This document shows, piece by piece, positions 17,487-26,908 of a DNA stretch of 59,993 bases. The DNA lies in the NCBI GenBank assembly GCA_015485505.1, contig WFTK01000003.1, positions 1-59,993 of the forward strand, given 5' to 3'. Source of the DNA: Patescibacteria group bacterium (lineage in GTDB: Bacteria; Patescibacteriota; Minisyncoccia; Phycocordibacterales; UBA2100). Positions within the stretch are counted from its first letter, which is position 1. Each line of letters starts with the position of its first letter. The position numbers were made by a program, and so were the translations under genes. The notes under the pieces were generated by a model. That model did not search any database, was not told the DNA's origin, and was given only the letters and a program-made list of their open reading frames with translations.

Positions 17487-18860
17487 TTATAAATCTCTAA
17501 TAATAGTCCGTATCTGCTCCACCTCTTGTTGTAATACATGATCGTCCTCCAACATATTTTTAACCCTGTCACATGAGTGTATAACTGTGGTGTGGTCTCT
17601 ACCACCCATCTGCTCTCCTATTGTTGGGTATGAAATGCCAGCGTCCTCACGTAATAAATACATTATTATTTGTCTTGGTTTTACAACCTCCTTTTTGCGA
17701 GTTTTCTCATAGATTATAGTTGGGTTTAGTCCATAGTAATCTGCAACAATATCCACTACATCCTTTGGTGTTATATTTTTAGTTGGTCTTATGTTGTTTT
17801 GTATTATAGATCGTATCTCAGGTAATCTTAAATCACGCCCTTTAGATTGTGTTGTTAATACTATATTATTAACTATACCCTCAATATCTCGTATATTACC
17901 GCGCAACTCCTTAGCTATTACCTCTATAGTTTTATCATCTAGACTAAAGTTGTGTATAGACAACTTCTCTTTAAGTATAGCTATACGTGAGTCAGTATCT
18001 GGAGCTGGTATCTCTGTTATCATACCTGAGCTAAATCTACCACGTAGCCTATCCTCAAGACCCTTCATTGTATTTGGGTGCTTATCCGATGAAAATATTA
18101 TTTGTTTATTATTATCATACAATGCATTAAATAGGTGGAACAACTCCTCTTGAGTCTTTTCTTTGTCTGCTATAAATTGTACATCATCTACTATTAATAC
18201 ATCATATTGTCTATATTTATCCTTAAACTGTTTAGCTCGTCCTGTTTGTACAGAGCTTGTATAATCTTGAGTAAACTTCTCTGAGCTTACATAAAAAACT
18301 TTTTTACTTGGGTATAATTGTTTAAACTTATTGCCCAGGGCTTGTATGAGGTGAGTCTTACCATGTCCCGTAGAGCCGTATACATACAGTGGATTATATG
18401 TAAGTGCAGGACTTGAGAGTATGGCTTGTGCCGCGGCATTAGCAAGTTGATTAAATGGACCAACTACAAATGTGTCAAAGGTATACCTTGGGTTTAGGTT
18501 ATCATTTTTATCTACATACAGGTTATCTATTGGTAGAGTGTTTGTAACTGTGTTAATTTTAGGTGATTGGTCTTTCTGTGTCTTCTTTTTTTTATTTACC
18601 ATCTTACTGACAGTGAACTCTACATTACGCAACTCTGGATTTATCTCTCTAAGGGTCTTTAATATTAGTTTATAGTATTTGTCTTGTAACCAATCACGCA
18701 TAATGCGCGTGGCAACACCTATATATACTATCCCACCCTCCTCTTTAAGGAGGATACTATCTTTAAACCATGTTTTAAAACTAGCTTCAGTAGTCTCCTC
18801 TCTAATCTTAAGTAATGCTGTCTCCCAGAGATTGGTGGTGTCTATGGTTGAGTTGGTCAT
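17487..18860 (-). CDS. dnaA: Chromosomal replication initiator DnaA
   Basis: AAA+ Walker A GSTGHGKTHL, Walker B VLIVDDVQF, C-terminal DNA-binding domain ...GGRDHTTVIHS. Confidence 0.95.
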   Translation of the reverse strand: MTNSTIDTTNLWETALLKIREETTEASFKTWFKDSILLKEEGGIVYIGVATRIMRDWLQDKYYKLILKTLREINPELRNVEFTVSKMVNKKKKTQKDQSPKINTVTNTLPIDNLYVDKNDNLNPRYTFDTFVVGPFNQLANAAAQAILSSPALTYNPLYVYGSTGHGKTHLIQALGNKFKQLYPSKKVFYVSSEKFTQDYTSSVQTGRAKQFKDKYRQYDVLIVDDVQFIADKEKTQEELFHLFNALYDNNKQIIFSSDKHPNTMKGLEDRLRGRFSSGMITEIPAPDTDSRIAILKEKLSIHNFSLDDKTIEVIAKELRGNIRDIEGIVNNIVLTTQSKGRDLRLPEIRSIIQNNIRPTKNITPKDVVDIVADYYGLNPTIIYEKTRKKEVVKPRQIIMYLLREDAGISYPTIGEQMGGRDHTTVIHSCDRVKNMLEDDHVLQQEVEQIRTIIRDL

Positions 18861-19056
18861 GCGCGCTATATTTAGTTGTTAACAGTGTTATCCACAGAGC
18901 TTCATTATACTAAAATAAAACAACTCTACAAAACTTTAAAAAATCCATAAAAGTTAAGAACTCTGTGGATAACTTGTGTGTATATGTGGATAGTATAGTT
19001 ACTTCTAATGTTGTTTATTATTGCTTTTATTTTAAAAGTGTGTAAAATACTCTGCA
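18861..19056. other. oriC part I / dnaA promoter region with consensus DnaA boxes
   Basis: TTATCCACA at 18888-18896 (perfect), TGTGGATAA at 18964-18972 (perfect, inverted), TGTGGATAG at 18985-18993. Confidence 0.7.
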
Positions 19057-19218
19057 ATGTCAACAAAAAGAACATATCAACCATCTAAACGTAAAAGAGC
19101 TAAAAAGCACGGCTTTTTATCTAGACTCAAGTCATCATCTGGTAAACGTTTAATACTACGTCGTCGTCGTAAGGGACGCAAGCAGTTAGCCGTGCCGACA
19201 CATCGTAAAAATGGTTAG
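19057..19218 (+). CDS. rpmH: 50S ribosomal protein L34 (not in the ORF track, 53 aa)
   Basis: Translation [54 protein letters not shown] -10-like TAAAAT at 19043-19048 lies 8 nt before the ATG. Confidence 0.9.
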   Translation: MSTKRTYQPSKRKRAKKHGFLSRLKSSSGKRLILRRRRKGRKQLAVPTHRKNG

Positions 19219-19477
19219 TATTAACTCAAAGAGCTTAACTTTTAAACCTGGCACAACCATAAACTCTTCGTTTATGGTTGTTGTTATTGTAAGTAAGAAG
19301 GTGTTAAAGAAGGCGGTAGATAGAAATAAGCTTAAAAGACGATTAAGAGAGATATTTAAAGACTCCCCCACTAAAGGTATTATCTACACAAAGAAAGGGA
19401 TTGGAGATTTAACTTATAAAGAACTTAAAACAGAGTCAGAGGAGATATTAAATAAATTGAAAAAGGAGGTAAAGTAA
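19211..19477 (+). CDS. rnpA: RNase P protein component
   Basis: [15 protein letters not shown] motif. Overlaps the rpmH end by 8 nt. Classic rpmH-rnpA order. Confidence 0.85.
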   Translation: MVSINSKSLTFKPGTTINSSFMVVVIVSKKVLKKAVDRNKLKRRLREIFKDSPTKGIIYTKKGIGDLTYKELKTESEEILNKLKKEVK

Positions 19478-19484
19478 TGTACTA

Positions 19485-20261
19485 TTGCCAGCAATGTTGA
19501 TTGATTTATTTAATACTTTTGTGCATACTCCTTTATATAATGGCTTAGTACTATTTATAGATTTTGTGCCGATGGCGGATGTTGGTATTGCGGTCATATT
19601 GTTAACTGTGTTGGTTAAGTTGCTATTATTCCCTATTGCGCAGAAGGTTGCACGTACACAGGTAATAATCAAAAGAGTACAACCAGAGATAGACAAACTC
19701 AAAGAGGAGTATAAAGATGATAAAGCGGAACAAACTCGTAAGATAATGGCGCTGTATAGAGAGCACCAAATCAATCCGTTTTTTGGATTTTTAATATTAT
19801 TGATACAGCTCCCTATTGTATTTGGATTATATTGGGTTTTTTATAAGGGTGGATTACCAAATGTTGATCCTTCACAATTATACTCATTTGTACCGATACC
19901 AGATGAGGTTAATATGCTCTTTTTAGGTCTTATACCAATGGCTGGTAAGAGTATATTACTAGCAGTGCTTACAGGTATTACAATGTTTATTAATATGCAA
20001 ATAGTACTCCCGTCCAAACCTAAAAAGGCTGAGGGAGAGAAGTCTAGTCTTAAAGACGAGGTGGCAAATAGTATGCATATACAAATGAAGTATGTAATGC
20101 CGGTATTTATAGCAGTGATAGCTTATACTATATCAGCAGCCGTAGCGCTATATTGGGTCACAAGTAATATATTTGCCATTGGACAAGAGCTCTTAGTGCG
20201 TAAGAGGCTTAAAGATGAGGAAGACAAAGAGAATAAGGGTAATAATAAGAATAAAGAGTAA
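19485..20261 (+). CDS. yidC: Membrane protein insertase YidC (short Oxa1-like form)
   Basis: VILLTVLVKLLLFPI, MALYREHQINPFFGFLILLIQLPIVFGLYWV, basic C-terminal tail. The start may be TTG 19485 or ATG 19494. Confidence 0.9.
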   Translation: MPAMLIDLFNTFVHTPLYNGLVLFIDFVPMADVGIAVILLTVLVKLLLFPIAQKVARTQVIIKRVQPEIDKLKEEYKDDKAEQTRKIMALYREHQINPFFGFLILLIQLPIVFGLYWVFYKGGLPNVDPSQLYSFVPIPDEVNMLFLGLIPMAGKSILLAVLTGITMFINMQIVLPSKPKKAEGEKSSLKDEVANSMHIQMKYVMPVFIAVIAYTISAAVALYWVTSNIFAIGQELLVRKRLKDEEDKENKGNNKNKE

Positions 20262-20262
20262 C

Positions 20263-20724
20263 ATGACAGATATACATAACAAAGTTAAAGAAGTGACTAC
20301 TACCCTACTTGGCAAGTTAGGAGTACACAATGGGGGTGTAGAGGTTAAGGAGGTTGCCGGGCAAACTCTATATTGTATTAAATCAGACGACAGTGGACTC
20401 TTAATCGGGCGCAACGGTGATGCCCTCCGCTCTATTAATATGTTGGTGAGTCACTTACTTGAGAGAGAGCTCGGAGAGAGGCAACGTATAACAGTAGATG
20501 TTAATGATTATAAACTCTCTAAGATAGAGGAGGTTATAAAGACTGCGCAGATGCACGCTAATAGAGCTAAAGAGCTTAGGTATGATGTAGAGTTGCAGCC
20601 TGCTAATGGCTATGAGCGCATGCTTGTGCATGCTCACCTAGCAAATGATCCAGAGTTAGAGACAGGCTCTATAGGAGAAGGCTCAGACCGCCGAGTGGTA
20701 ATTAAGTTTGTTAATTTTTCGTAA
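20263..20724 (+). CDS. jag: Jag/KhpB-type RNA-binding protein (KH-like plus R3H)
   Basis: LIGRNGDALRSINMLV (KH-like GxxG region) and the R3H-like segment ERMLVHAHL...RRVVIK. Position after yidC. Start at ATG 20263, 2 nt after the yidC stop. Confidence 0.8.
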   Translation: MTDIHNKVKEVTTTLLGKLGVHNGGVEVKEVAGQTLYCIKSDDSGLLIGRNGDALRSINMLVSHLLERELGERQRITVDVNDYKLSKIEEVIKTAQMHANRAKELRYDVELQPANGYERMLVHAHLANDPELETGSIGEGSDRRVVIKFVNFS

Positions 20725-21592
20725 AGTTTCTCCCATACATGAACTCTAGTGTTTCCTGGCTGCCACGACACACATCGGAAATTGTTCCTATTGATTCTAC
20801 TTTGAATCCTCTGTCTGCATCATATTTAGCCCTTTGGTTACAATTAGCCCTTGTTAAGCTATATATTCGCTGGTCTTTAGTTTCCGTACTATTAAAAATT
20901 GGTGCATCTTTAAGAGTATAGTAAAAGACAGTTATTGTTTTATTTGGTGGATACAACTCACATTTTTCAGGATTTTCTAAGACACATTGGTCTATACTAG
21001 AGAAGCATCGAGTGCTAGAGGTTTCAATCCCTGTGCCAGGATCATAGAAACAGGCTAAATAGTCATATTTTTCACCAGACTTTTCTTCATATAGTTTAGC
21101 TATTCTATTTCTAGCTGCTGCAGTTGCTTGTGACATTTCTAAGCTAGGTGCATTACCAAATAAAGCAAGGCTGGTTAATTGTGGGTTGATGGTATTGAGG
21201 GTTATGTAGGTGGCCAAGAGCATCAGGAGGCCTACTACCGCATTTTTCATCTTCTCCTTCCCTTTCGTTATGTTACCCGCATTGTCTCGAGCTGTTATCA
21301 AGTTAAGTCCACCCCAAATAAACATAAAAACAGCAAGCATAGCCCCAATACGTATAGAGAGAGCAAAGAGTTGATTGAATACCCCAGAGGCACTATCTGC
21401 TACCTGCACTGTCTCCCCTGGATTCCAACTATCTAAGAGTGGTATATCTGTGAGTGGAGTAAACTGCACAGCTTCAGCAGCATAAGCTACTGTGCCATAC
21501 AGTGTAAATAACATTATGAATATTATAGGTAGTATTGTAATAGTTTTGTATATTAAATGCCTTAACATAATTACTCTTTTATTATACTCCAT
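20711..21592 (-). CDS. Candidate T4SS pilin (TrbC/VirB2-like) with a long Cys-containing C-terminal extension
   Basis: Signal peptide ending AYA|AEA, then two hydrophobic helices separated by a short polar loop (LSIRIGAMLAVFMFIWGGLNLITARDNAGNITKGKEKMKNAVVGLLMLLATYITL). Last gene of the VirB4 operon. Alternative start ATG 21568. Confidence 0.4.
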   Translation of the reverse strand: MEYNKRVIMLRHLIYKTITILPIIFIMLFTLYGTVAYAAEAVQFTPLTDIPLLDSWNPGETVQVADSASGVFNQLFALSIRIGAMLAVFMFIWGGLNLITARDNAGNITKGKEKMKNAVVGLLMLLATYITLNTINPQLTSLALFGNAPSLEMSQATAAARNRIAKLYEEKSGEKYDYLACFYDPGTGIETSSTRCFSSIDQCVLENPEKCELYPPNKTITVFYYTLKDAPIFNSTETKDQRIYSLTRANCNQRAKYDADRGFKVESIGTISDVCRGSQETLEFMYGRNFTKN

Positions 21593-22821
21593 ATTGACTG
21601 ATCACGCTTGTTCTTAAAGAGTATTGTATCACCTAAGATTTGTGTATCTATTATATCAAGGCCAATAAACTTCTTTAACTCTATTGCACTACCACTCTTA
21701 GTATTAATGCGCCACAGAGAGTCAGAGAAGTTTGTTAAACCCTTATACCGCGAGTCTGGTAGGTTTTTATAATACTCTATATTAAATGGTATTGCACAGT
21801 ACACATCTATTGAGTCGTCGCCCCAAGCGCACTTACTTGCCAAGGTTGGGGTATAGAGCTGCGTAACCTCGCCCGTTGCGGTGTCTTTAATATATAGCCT
21901 AACACCACCCTTACCAGAGGTTGAGTATAGTAGGGTCTTGCCATTTGGTGAGAGATTTGTTATTAACCCTGGTAGGTCTCTGGCAAGAGTGGTCTCACCA
22001 CCCTTATTAGATATTAAGTAGGAGTAGCCTGGGATGTTATAAGAGGCCTTTTGAGTAACATATACATTAGTAGGAGTAGCCTGGAGTAGCCAATTACTTA
22101 GTGGAGAGCTCCATAGTGATATTGCTTTAACATCCCCCTCCCCTAACTGGGTATATAGTAGCTTTTTGATACTTGCCCCACCTTTGTCATTAGGGGTTAG
22201 ATAGTAAAGTGCCTTATCTGTTATTGCCACTTGTAGTATGTCATCATAGATAGTTGATTGCTTAACTACTGCGGAGTCAACCACTTTTGCTATATAAGGC
22301 CTAGTATCTTTAGGGACTATAAGTAGATACTCATTAGGTAGCGTATACACATCTCTTAAATTTGGTAGAGTCTCCTGAGAGAGCGTTGTGTGAGTGTCTT
22401 GCTTTGGTGAGTATGAGTTAATTACTCCGGTTTTAGCATCCGTATAATATAATTCCTCTGAGTTGGTGCCTAACTGTAGTACTGGGTCTGAGTATACTTG
22501 TTTAAGTATCCACTTTATAGGCTTAATTATCTTATTTGCGGTTTCTGGTTCTTCTGAGGCAGTCTCGGTAGAGTCATTTGTACTAAGAGCATTACCTATG
22601 TCATTAGTTGGTGTGGTATCTGCACTCTCTTTTTGAACTGTTGTAGGGTTTGTAGTGTTAGTGGGAGGTGTTGGTAGTATGGTTGGCTCTGGTATGGTTA
22701 TGTCTTGTGTCTCTGTTATAGAGGCCTCCTTTTTAGTAATATATGAGTACCAAGCAGCCAGACCAGTCAATAAGGCCATTATTATTAGTGTTGTGATTAT
22801 ATATATTTTGCGCTTGTCCAT
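21571..22821 (-). CDS. Membrane-anchored protein, T/P-rich linker plus beta-rich (propeller-like) ectodomain, unknown function
   Basis: N-terminal TM IYIITTLIIMALLTGLAAW, linker PTILPTPPTNTTNPTT. Operon position. Confidence 0.5.
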   Translation of the reverse strand: MDKRKIYIITTLIIMALLTGLAAWYSYITKKEASITETQDITIPEPTILPTPPTNTTNPTTVQKESADTTPTNDIGNALSTNDSTETASEEPETANKIIKPIKWILKQVYSDPVLQLGTNSEELYYTDAKTGVINSYSPKQDTHTTLSQETLPNLRDVYTLPNEYLLIVPKDTRPYIAKVVDSAVVKQSTIYDDILQVAITDKALYYLTPNDKGGASIKKLLYTQLGEGDVKAISLWSSPLSNWLLQATPTNVYVTQKASYNIPGYSYLISNKGGETTLARDLPGLITNLSPNGKTLLYSTSGKGGVRLYIKDTATGEVTQLYTPTLASKCAWGDDSIDVYCAIPFNIEYYKNLPDSRYKGLTNFSDSLWRINTKSGSAIELKKFIGLDIIDTQILGDTILFKNKRDQSIWSIIKE

Positions 22822-22827
22822 ATTATT

Positions 22828-23835
22828 TTATTGTACTGCATTAAATGGTGAGTCTACAACTGCATCAATATTGTCATTATTTATAGATGCGTCTTTGGGG
22901 ATACTTGGCAGAGAGTAAGATCTTTGAGCGGATTGAAATAGCTCCTCTGGGTTGGATACCTCTACAGAGATGTTAGTGCTATCCTCTCCCATGCTCACAA
23001 TTGTTATTGTGTCTGCTGTGTCACGAGTGTACTTCACCCCCGGTATATTCCAAGTGTATTTGAGTTGTTCCTCACTTGGTAGAGTTAAGTAAAACGGCAC
23101 AGCAGTGAAGCTCGGTTCCGACTCTTGTATATCTAAGATTGATGATGCTTGCAGGGCTGTATTGTATAGTACTCCCAATAATGGGTTATTGCGGTATAAT
23201 ATAAGCTCTGGATTGGTGAGTTGTATATTAGAGCCGGCTCGGCCAAGCAAGTTACCCTTAGCATCTGATACATCTACTGAGAGTATATAAGACCTATATG
23301 TTTGCGGTGCTTTGGTTATTAGTATATTAGCATCAGCTTGAGCAGATTGCTTAATAAGTTTGGTACCCTTATACCACTTAAATTGTAGAGGCTTTGGTAC
23401 GTTGTTATTAGGGTTGAGTTTAGCTACCGCCTTAATGTATGAACCATCGGTTGGTAGTGCCCTGCCCTTATACCATGGTGGCGTGATGGTTTGTGCCTCC
23501 CAGAGCAGGTCTATAAAGATCGGGTGCAGAGTGACAGACACAATTGGGAGATTACCTGCTTGTGCTGATACTTCAGCGCTCGCTCCTTCGCCAGGGGCTG
23601 TTACTTGTAGTGTGGTTGCACCTATACCCTCTTTAACTTGTTTGCTATTTATATACCAAGTTATATTTTGTGTATCTAAATTATATAAGAAGCTCTCTAA
23701 ACTTATGGTCACCTCCTCCCCAGGTGAGGGTGCCTCTGGGTCCATGCGCATAGATACACTTTTAAAAGCAAATGCCGATGAGTAACTGACAGGTATGAGT
23801 ATAAGTATAAAGACTACGGGTAATGATCGCTTCAT
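22828..23835 (-). CDS. Secreted protein, unknown function (T4SS-like operon)
   Basis: Signal peptide MKRSLPVVFILILIPVSYSSAFA. 335 aa ORF, 6 nt from the next gene. Confidence 0.5.
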   Translation of the reverse strand: MKRSLPVVFILILIPVSYSSAFAFKSVSMRMDPEAPSPGEEVTISLESFLYNLDTQNITWYINSKQVKEGIGATTLQVTAPGEGASAEVSAQAGNLPIVSVTLHPIFIDLLWEAQTITPPWYKGRALPTDGSYIKAVAKLNPNNNVPKPLQFKWYKGTKLIKQSAQADANILITKAPQTYRSYILSVDVSDAKGNLLGRAGSNIQLTNPELILYRNNPLLGVLYNTALQASSILDIQESEPSFTAVPFYLTLPSEEQLKYTWNIPGVKYTRDTADTITIVSMGEDSTNISVEVSNPEELFQSAQRSYSLPSIPKDASINNDNIDAVVDSPFNAVQ

Positions 23836-23866
23836 AACCGTATTATAACATTATCTTTATGAGTTT

Positions 23867-24352
23867 TTATGTAGACTGTTGTCTGTCTGCGGCAGTAGCT
23901 CCACGACGGCCTTTACCGTATCTTTTATTGCGCTCATTAACCTTTTGTATAGTTTTTAGCCTTCTGTTAATACGTTTTTTGCTATAGGCTATATCTTTAG
24001 TTATGTGCCTGCGCGCTAGGAGTCTTACAGTATTTTGTAAATCCTCTGGTAATACAGTATCTACTATACGAGATATTTTAATCTGTACCCACACAGTTAA
24101 GAATATAGCGGGTAAGTTACCAACTACGAGCTCTGATATAGGTAAGACTATACGCAAGAGCTTAAGAGCCCCTTTACCCTTTAATGTGAGAGCTCCACTC
24201 TCTAAAAATATAATACCAAATACCACAGCCGCTGTAAGGGAGACTACTATGTCTACAGCTACCGGAGTTGCAAACTGTATGCCATCAAATAAGAGTGCCA
24301 GCGACAACATGCCGAACTTTTTACTCTCGCCTATGCGGTAGTTAGCGCTCAT
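23867..24352 (-). CDS. Small polytopic membrane protein with a basic C-terminal tail (T4SS-like operon)
   Basis: Three or four hydrophobic segments. Begins 4 nt after the virB4 stop. Confidence 0.5.
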   Translation of the reverse strand: MSANYRIGESKKFGMLSLALLFDGIQFATPVAVDIVVSLTAAVVFGIIFLESGALTLKGKGALKLLRIVLPISELVVGNLPAIFLTVWVQIKISRIVDTVLPEDLQNTVRLLARRHITKDIAYSKKRINRRLKTIQKVNERNKRYGKGRRGATAADRQQST

Positions 24353-24356
24353 ATTG

Positions 24357-26225
24357 TTATAGTTCTACAGAGTCTAGAGTATTTTGCACAGAGTCTGTTG
24401 ATTCAGTGCTCTCTGCCAACTCCTTCTTAGCTTTTTTTATGGCTAGTATTTGAGAGGGGTCACTTGTAATTATCTGGTCCTCAGTATAACTAGCTATAAC
24501 CTTGATGGCCACATGCTTAAGACCAGCAAAGAAGATGCCCTCCCCCACGGCACTCTCTAGTAGTAGATACTTCTCCTCATCAGAGAGCTTGAAGGTCTCT
24601 TGTACAAGATCTACGGACGTTGGAGATTGTCTTAAGAGTATCTGCATTGAGGAGTTGGTAAGCATGGGCTTGCCATATTTAGAGTTGAGGAAGTCGGCGA
24701 CATCTTGAGTGATAGTAGCTAGGCCAAGGAAGTACTTACGCCCTCTCTTAGCTATACCGTATAAGAAGCTGGCAGTGTCGTCACTCTTCATCATCCACCA
24801 CGCCTCGTCTATTACCAAGAGTCGCTTCTTTAGCTCTTTGCGTACCATATTCCATATATGGTGAGTTATAATGTACATAGCTACAGGTTTAAGCTCATCT
24901 TCCATGTCTCTTACAGAGAAGACGATCAATCTCTTATTCATTGAGACGTTAGTCGCTTGGTTTAAGAAGCCGCTCCAAGTACCTTGAGTGTATTTAGTGA
25001 GTCGTTGTACTAAGCTCTCTGATCCCTCCATACCAGAGAGTACAAGGTGAAAGTCAGAGAGTATAGGAGGCTCAATATTAGAGAAGTTGCTTTGTGGGGT
25101 AATATCTTTAAGAGCGTATGTCTCCGTAATAGCCTTGTCTATTATAGAGTCCTCCTCAGGAGTTAACCCCCCAAGCATAATACGGAAGAGCCCAACAAGA
25201 GTGATAATGTTAGAGCGGAGGACGTCTGCCGGATTCTCATCCTCTCTTGGTATTGGTAGGTCAAATGGGTTTATATGGTGCTCGCTAGAGAGGGTGATGT
25301 TGAAGTAGCGCCCTCCTGCCGTCTCTGCTAAGTACTCGTACTCCCTCTCTGGGTCTATGATAATAACATCAGCATCAAACATTAAACTCCTTAAGATCTC
25401 AAGCTTCATCATATAGCTTTTGCCGGCACCAGACTTGGCGAAGACTACTGAGTTATAGTTCTCTAAACTAAAGCGATCAAAGAGCACCAAACTAGAGTTA
25501 TGCCTATTGATACCGTATAAGATCCCTCTGTCGGAGGTGAGGTCAAATGATACGAATGGGAAGAGACTTGAGAGTGGGTCGGAGTTTAGCTTGTTGCGTA
25601 CATTAAGCTCATCGTTAGCTAATGGTAGTACACTCTTGAGGCCCTGCTCTTGCTGGAAGAGTGCCGGCTTAATATACACAAGGCGCGCCTCGAGTATAGA
25701 GCGGATCTCTGTCTCTATCTTATCTATCTCCTCTCTACTGTCTCCATATATGGTTATATATAACCCAGCTTCAAAGAGTTTCTCTTGGGCTTGTTGTAGC
25801 CTGTCACGTAGGTACTCTAGGTCGGCATATGCTGTGTCTAGCTTTGGGTCTCGCACAAGACCCTTCTCTTCTCTTATTAAGATTTGACTCTCTATCTCAG
25901 CAACTCTCTTTTGGAATTGGCGCAGTATTGTGGTCGTGTCTAATGGGTGGATGTGTATAGCAATGTCAAACATCTTATCTAGGTTGATTATTGGAGAGAA
26001 CCACCCAGTAGTTAAGAATCTAGGATATGAAATCACGAAGAAGGTACGGGCCATCTTCTCCCCTAGTGAGAGGCTTTTAGAGGTTATCTGTAGCGCAGAA
26101 GGTGCTATAACATCTTGTAGCTCTAGCACTCCTTGCTCGTAGATTTCAGCTGGCAATACAGGCATTACTTTTGTGTCAGCATTTTCAGTTAGTTTATTCT
26201 TTTTAAATTTGTCTAATAATCCCAT
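24357..26225 (-). CDS. virB4: VirB4/TrbE-family type IV secretion ATPase
   Basis: Walker A VFAKSGAGKSYMMK, Walker B RLLVIDEAWWMM (the DEAW typical of VirB4), C-terminal motifs TQDVADF and SMQILLRQ. Confidence 0.85.
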   Translation of the reverse strand: MGLLDKFKKNKLTENADTKVMPVLPAEIYEQGVLELQDVIAPSALQITSKSLSLGEKMARTFFVISYPRFLTTGWFSPIINLDKMFDIAIHIHPLDTTTILRQFQKRVAEIESQILIREEKGLVRDPKLDTAYADLEYLRDRLQQAQEKLFEAGLYITIYGDSREEIDKIETEIRSILEARLVYIKPALFQQEQGLKSVLPLANDELNVRNKLNSDPLSSLFPFVSFDLTSDRGILYGINRHNSSLVLFDRFSLENYNSVVFAKSGAGKSYMMKLEILRSLMFDADVIIIDPEREYEYLAETAGGRYFNITLSSEHHINPFDLPIPREDENPADVLRSNIITLVGLFRIMLGGLTPEEDSIIDKAITETYALKDITPQSNFSNIEPPILSDFHLVLSGMEGSESLVQRLTKYTQGTWSGFLNQATNVSMNKRLIVFSVRDMEDELKPVAMYIITHHIWNMVRKELKKRLLVIDEAWWMMKSDDTASFLYGIAKRGRKYFLGLATITQDVADFLNSKYGKPMLTNSSMQILLRQSPTSVDLVQETFKLSDEEKYLLLESAVGEGIFFAGLKHVAIKVIASYTEDQIITSDPSQILAIKKAKKELAESTESTDSVQNTLDSVEL

Positions 26226-26232
26226 AATATCT

Positions 26233-26895
26233 TTAAGTATTATTTTCGTTAGCTCCTTGTTGCATCGGTTGGTCTAGCTCGCCAGGGTTAAATATTTTAT
26301 ATAGCAACTCTACAATCTCCTCTGTGCCGAGTTGTACCGTGCGCACTCCGGAGCGCACGAGGCCCTGCTGTACAATAGAGACTCTCTGCTCAAGCTGAGA
26401 TACATTCTCGTCAAAAGATAAATCTACCTTTGGGGTTGTACCCTTTTTACTCCAAGGCATTTTGCTTAATATGCTGGAATTAGACACATTAATAGTTGCT
26501 GGTGTATATGGCACAATAACAAAGAAATGTTTCGTCATTATGTTAGCCGCTTCTGTAAAGCTCTTGATAAAGTCTATATACTCGCGAATCTGTATACGCA
26601 TCAGCTCGTCTATAGTCTCTTTTAACCTATCCTCAAGAGTGGCTATATAGGGGCGTATATCTAACTTACGTGATTGTATAGATATCTGCACAGAGAAGTC
26701 TAGAGAGTTAAGGAAGTTTTGAAATTGCATTATAAAGGCATTTTGCTCATCCTCACTCTTGAGGGCAAAGTTGAGTGAGCTTGCCATCAGGACCGCCCGC
26801 AGACCACCATTTTTAAGTGTTACTATACCATCTCGTACCTCTTTAACAGGTACGAAGTCTTGAGATGGTCTGGTCTTTTTGGCTTTTGTTGGCAT
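26233..26895 (-). CDS. Protein resembling the N-terminal domain of Gram-positive VirB4-type ATPases (no P-loop)
   Basis: SQDFVPVKEVRDGIVTLKNGGLRAVLMASSLNFALKSEDEQNAFIMQFQNFLNSLDFSVQI matches the pattern I recall at the N-terminus of Tn916 ORF16/PrgJ-like ATPases. Lies directly upstream of virB4. Confidence 0.35.
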   Translation of the reverse strand: MPTKAKKTRPSQDFVPVKEVRDGIVTLKNGGLRAVLMASSLNFALKSEDEQNAFIMQFQNFLNSLDFSVQISIQSRKLDIRPYIATLEDRLKETIDELMRIQIREYIDFIKSFTEAANIMTKHFFVIVPYTPATINVSNSSILSKMPWSKKGTTPKVDLSFDENVSQLEQRVSIVQQGLVRSGVRTVQLGTEEIVELLYKIFNPGELDQPMQQGANENNT

Positions 26896-26908
26896 TGGTA
26901 TTATATTG

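Noticed and set aside
19462-19500. Strong SD-like AAGGAGGT plus a 7-codon mini-ORF (MYYCQQC) bridging rnpA and yidC, reminiscent of a MifM-type regulatory uORF
   Set aside because: The purine tract is simply the rnpA C-terminal codons (KKEVK). The genome otherwise shows no SD usage, and the peptide is too short and featureless to support an arrest-peptide model.
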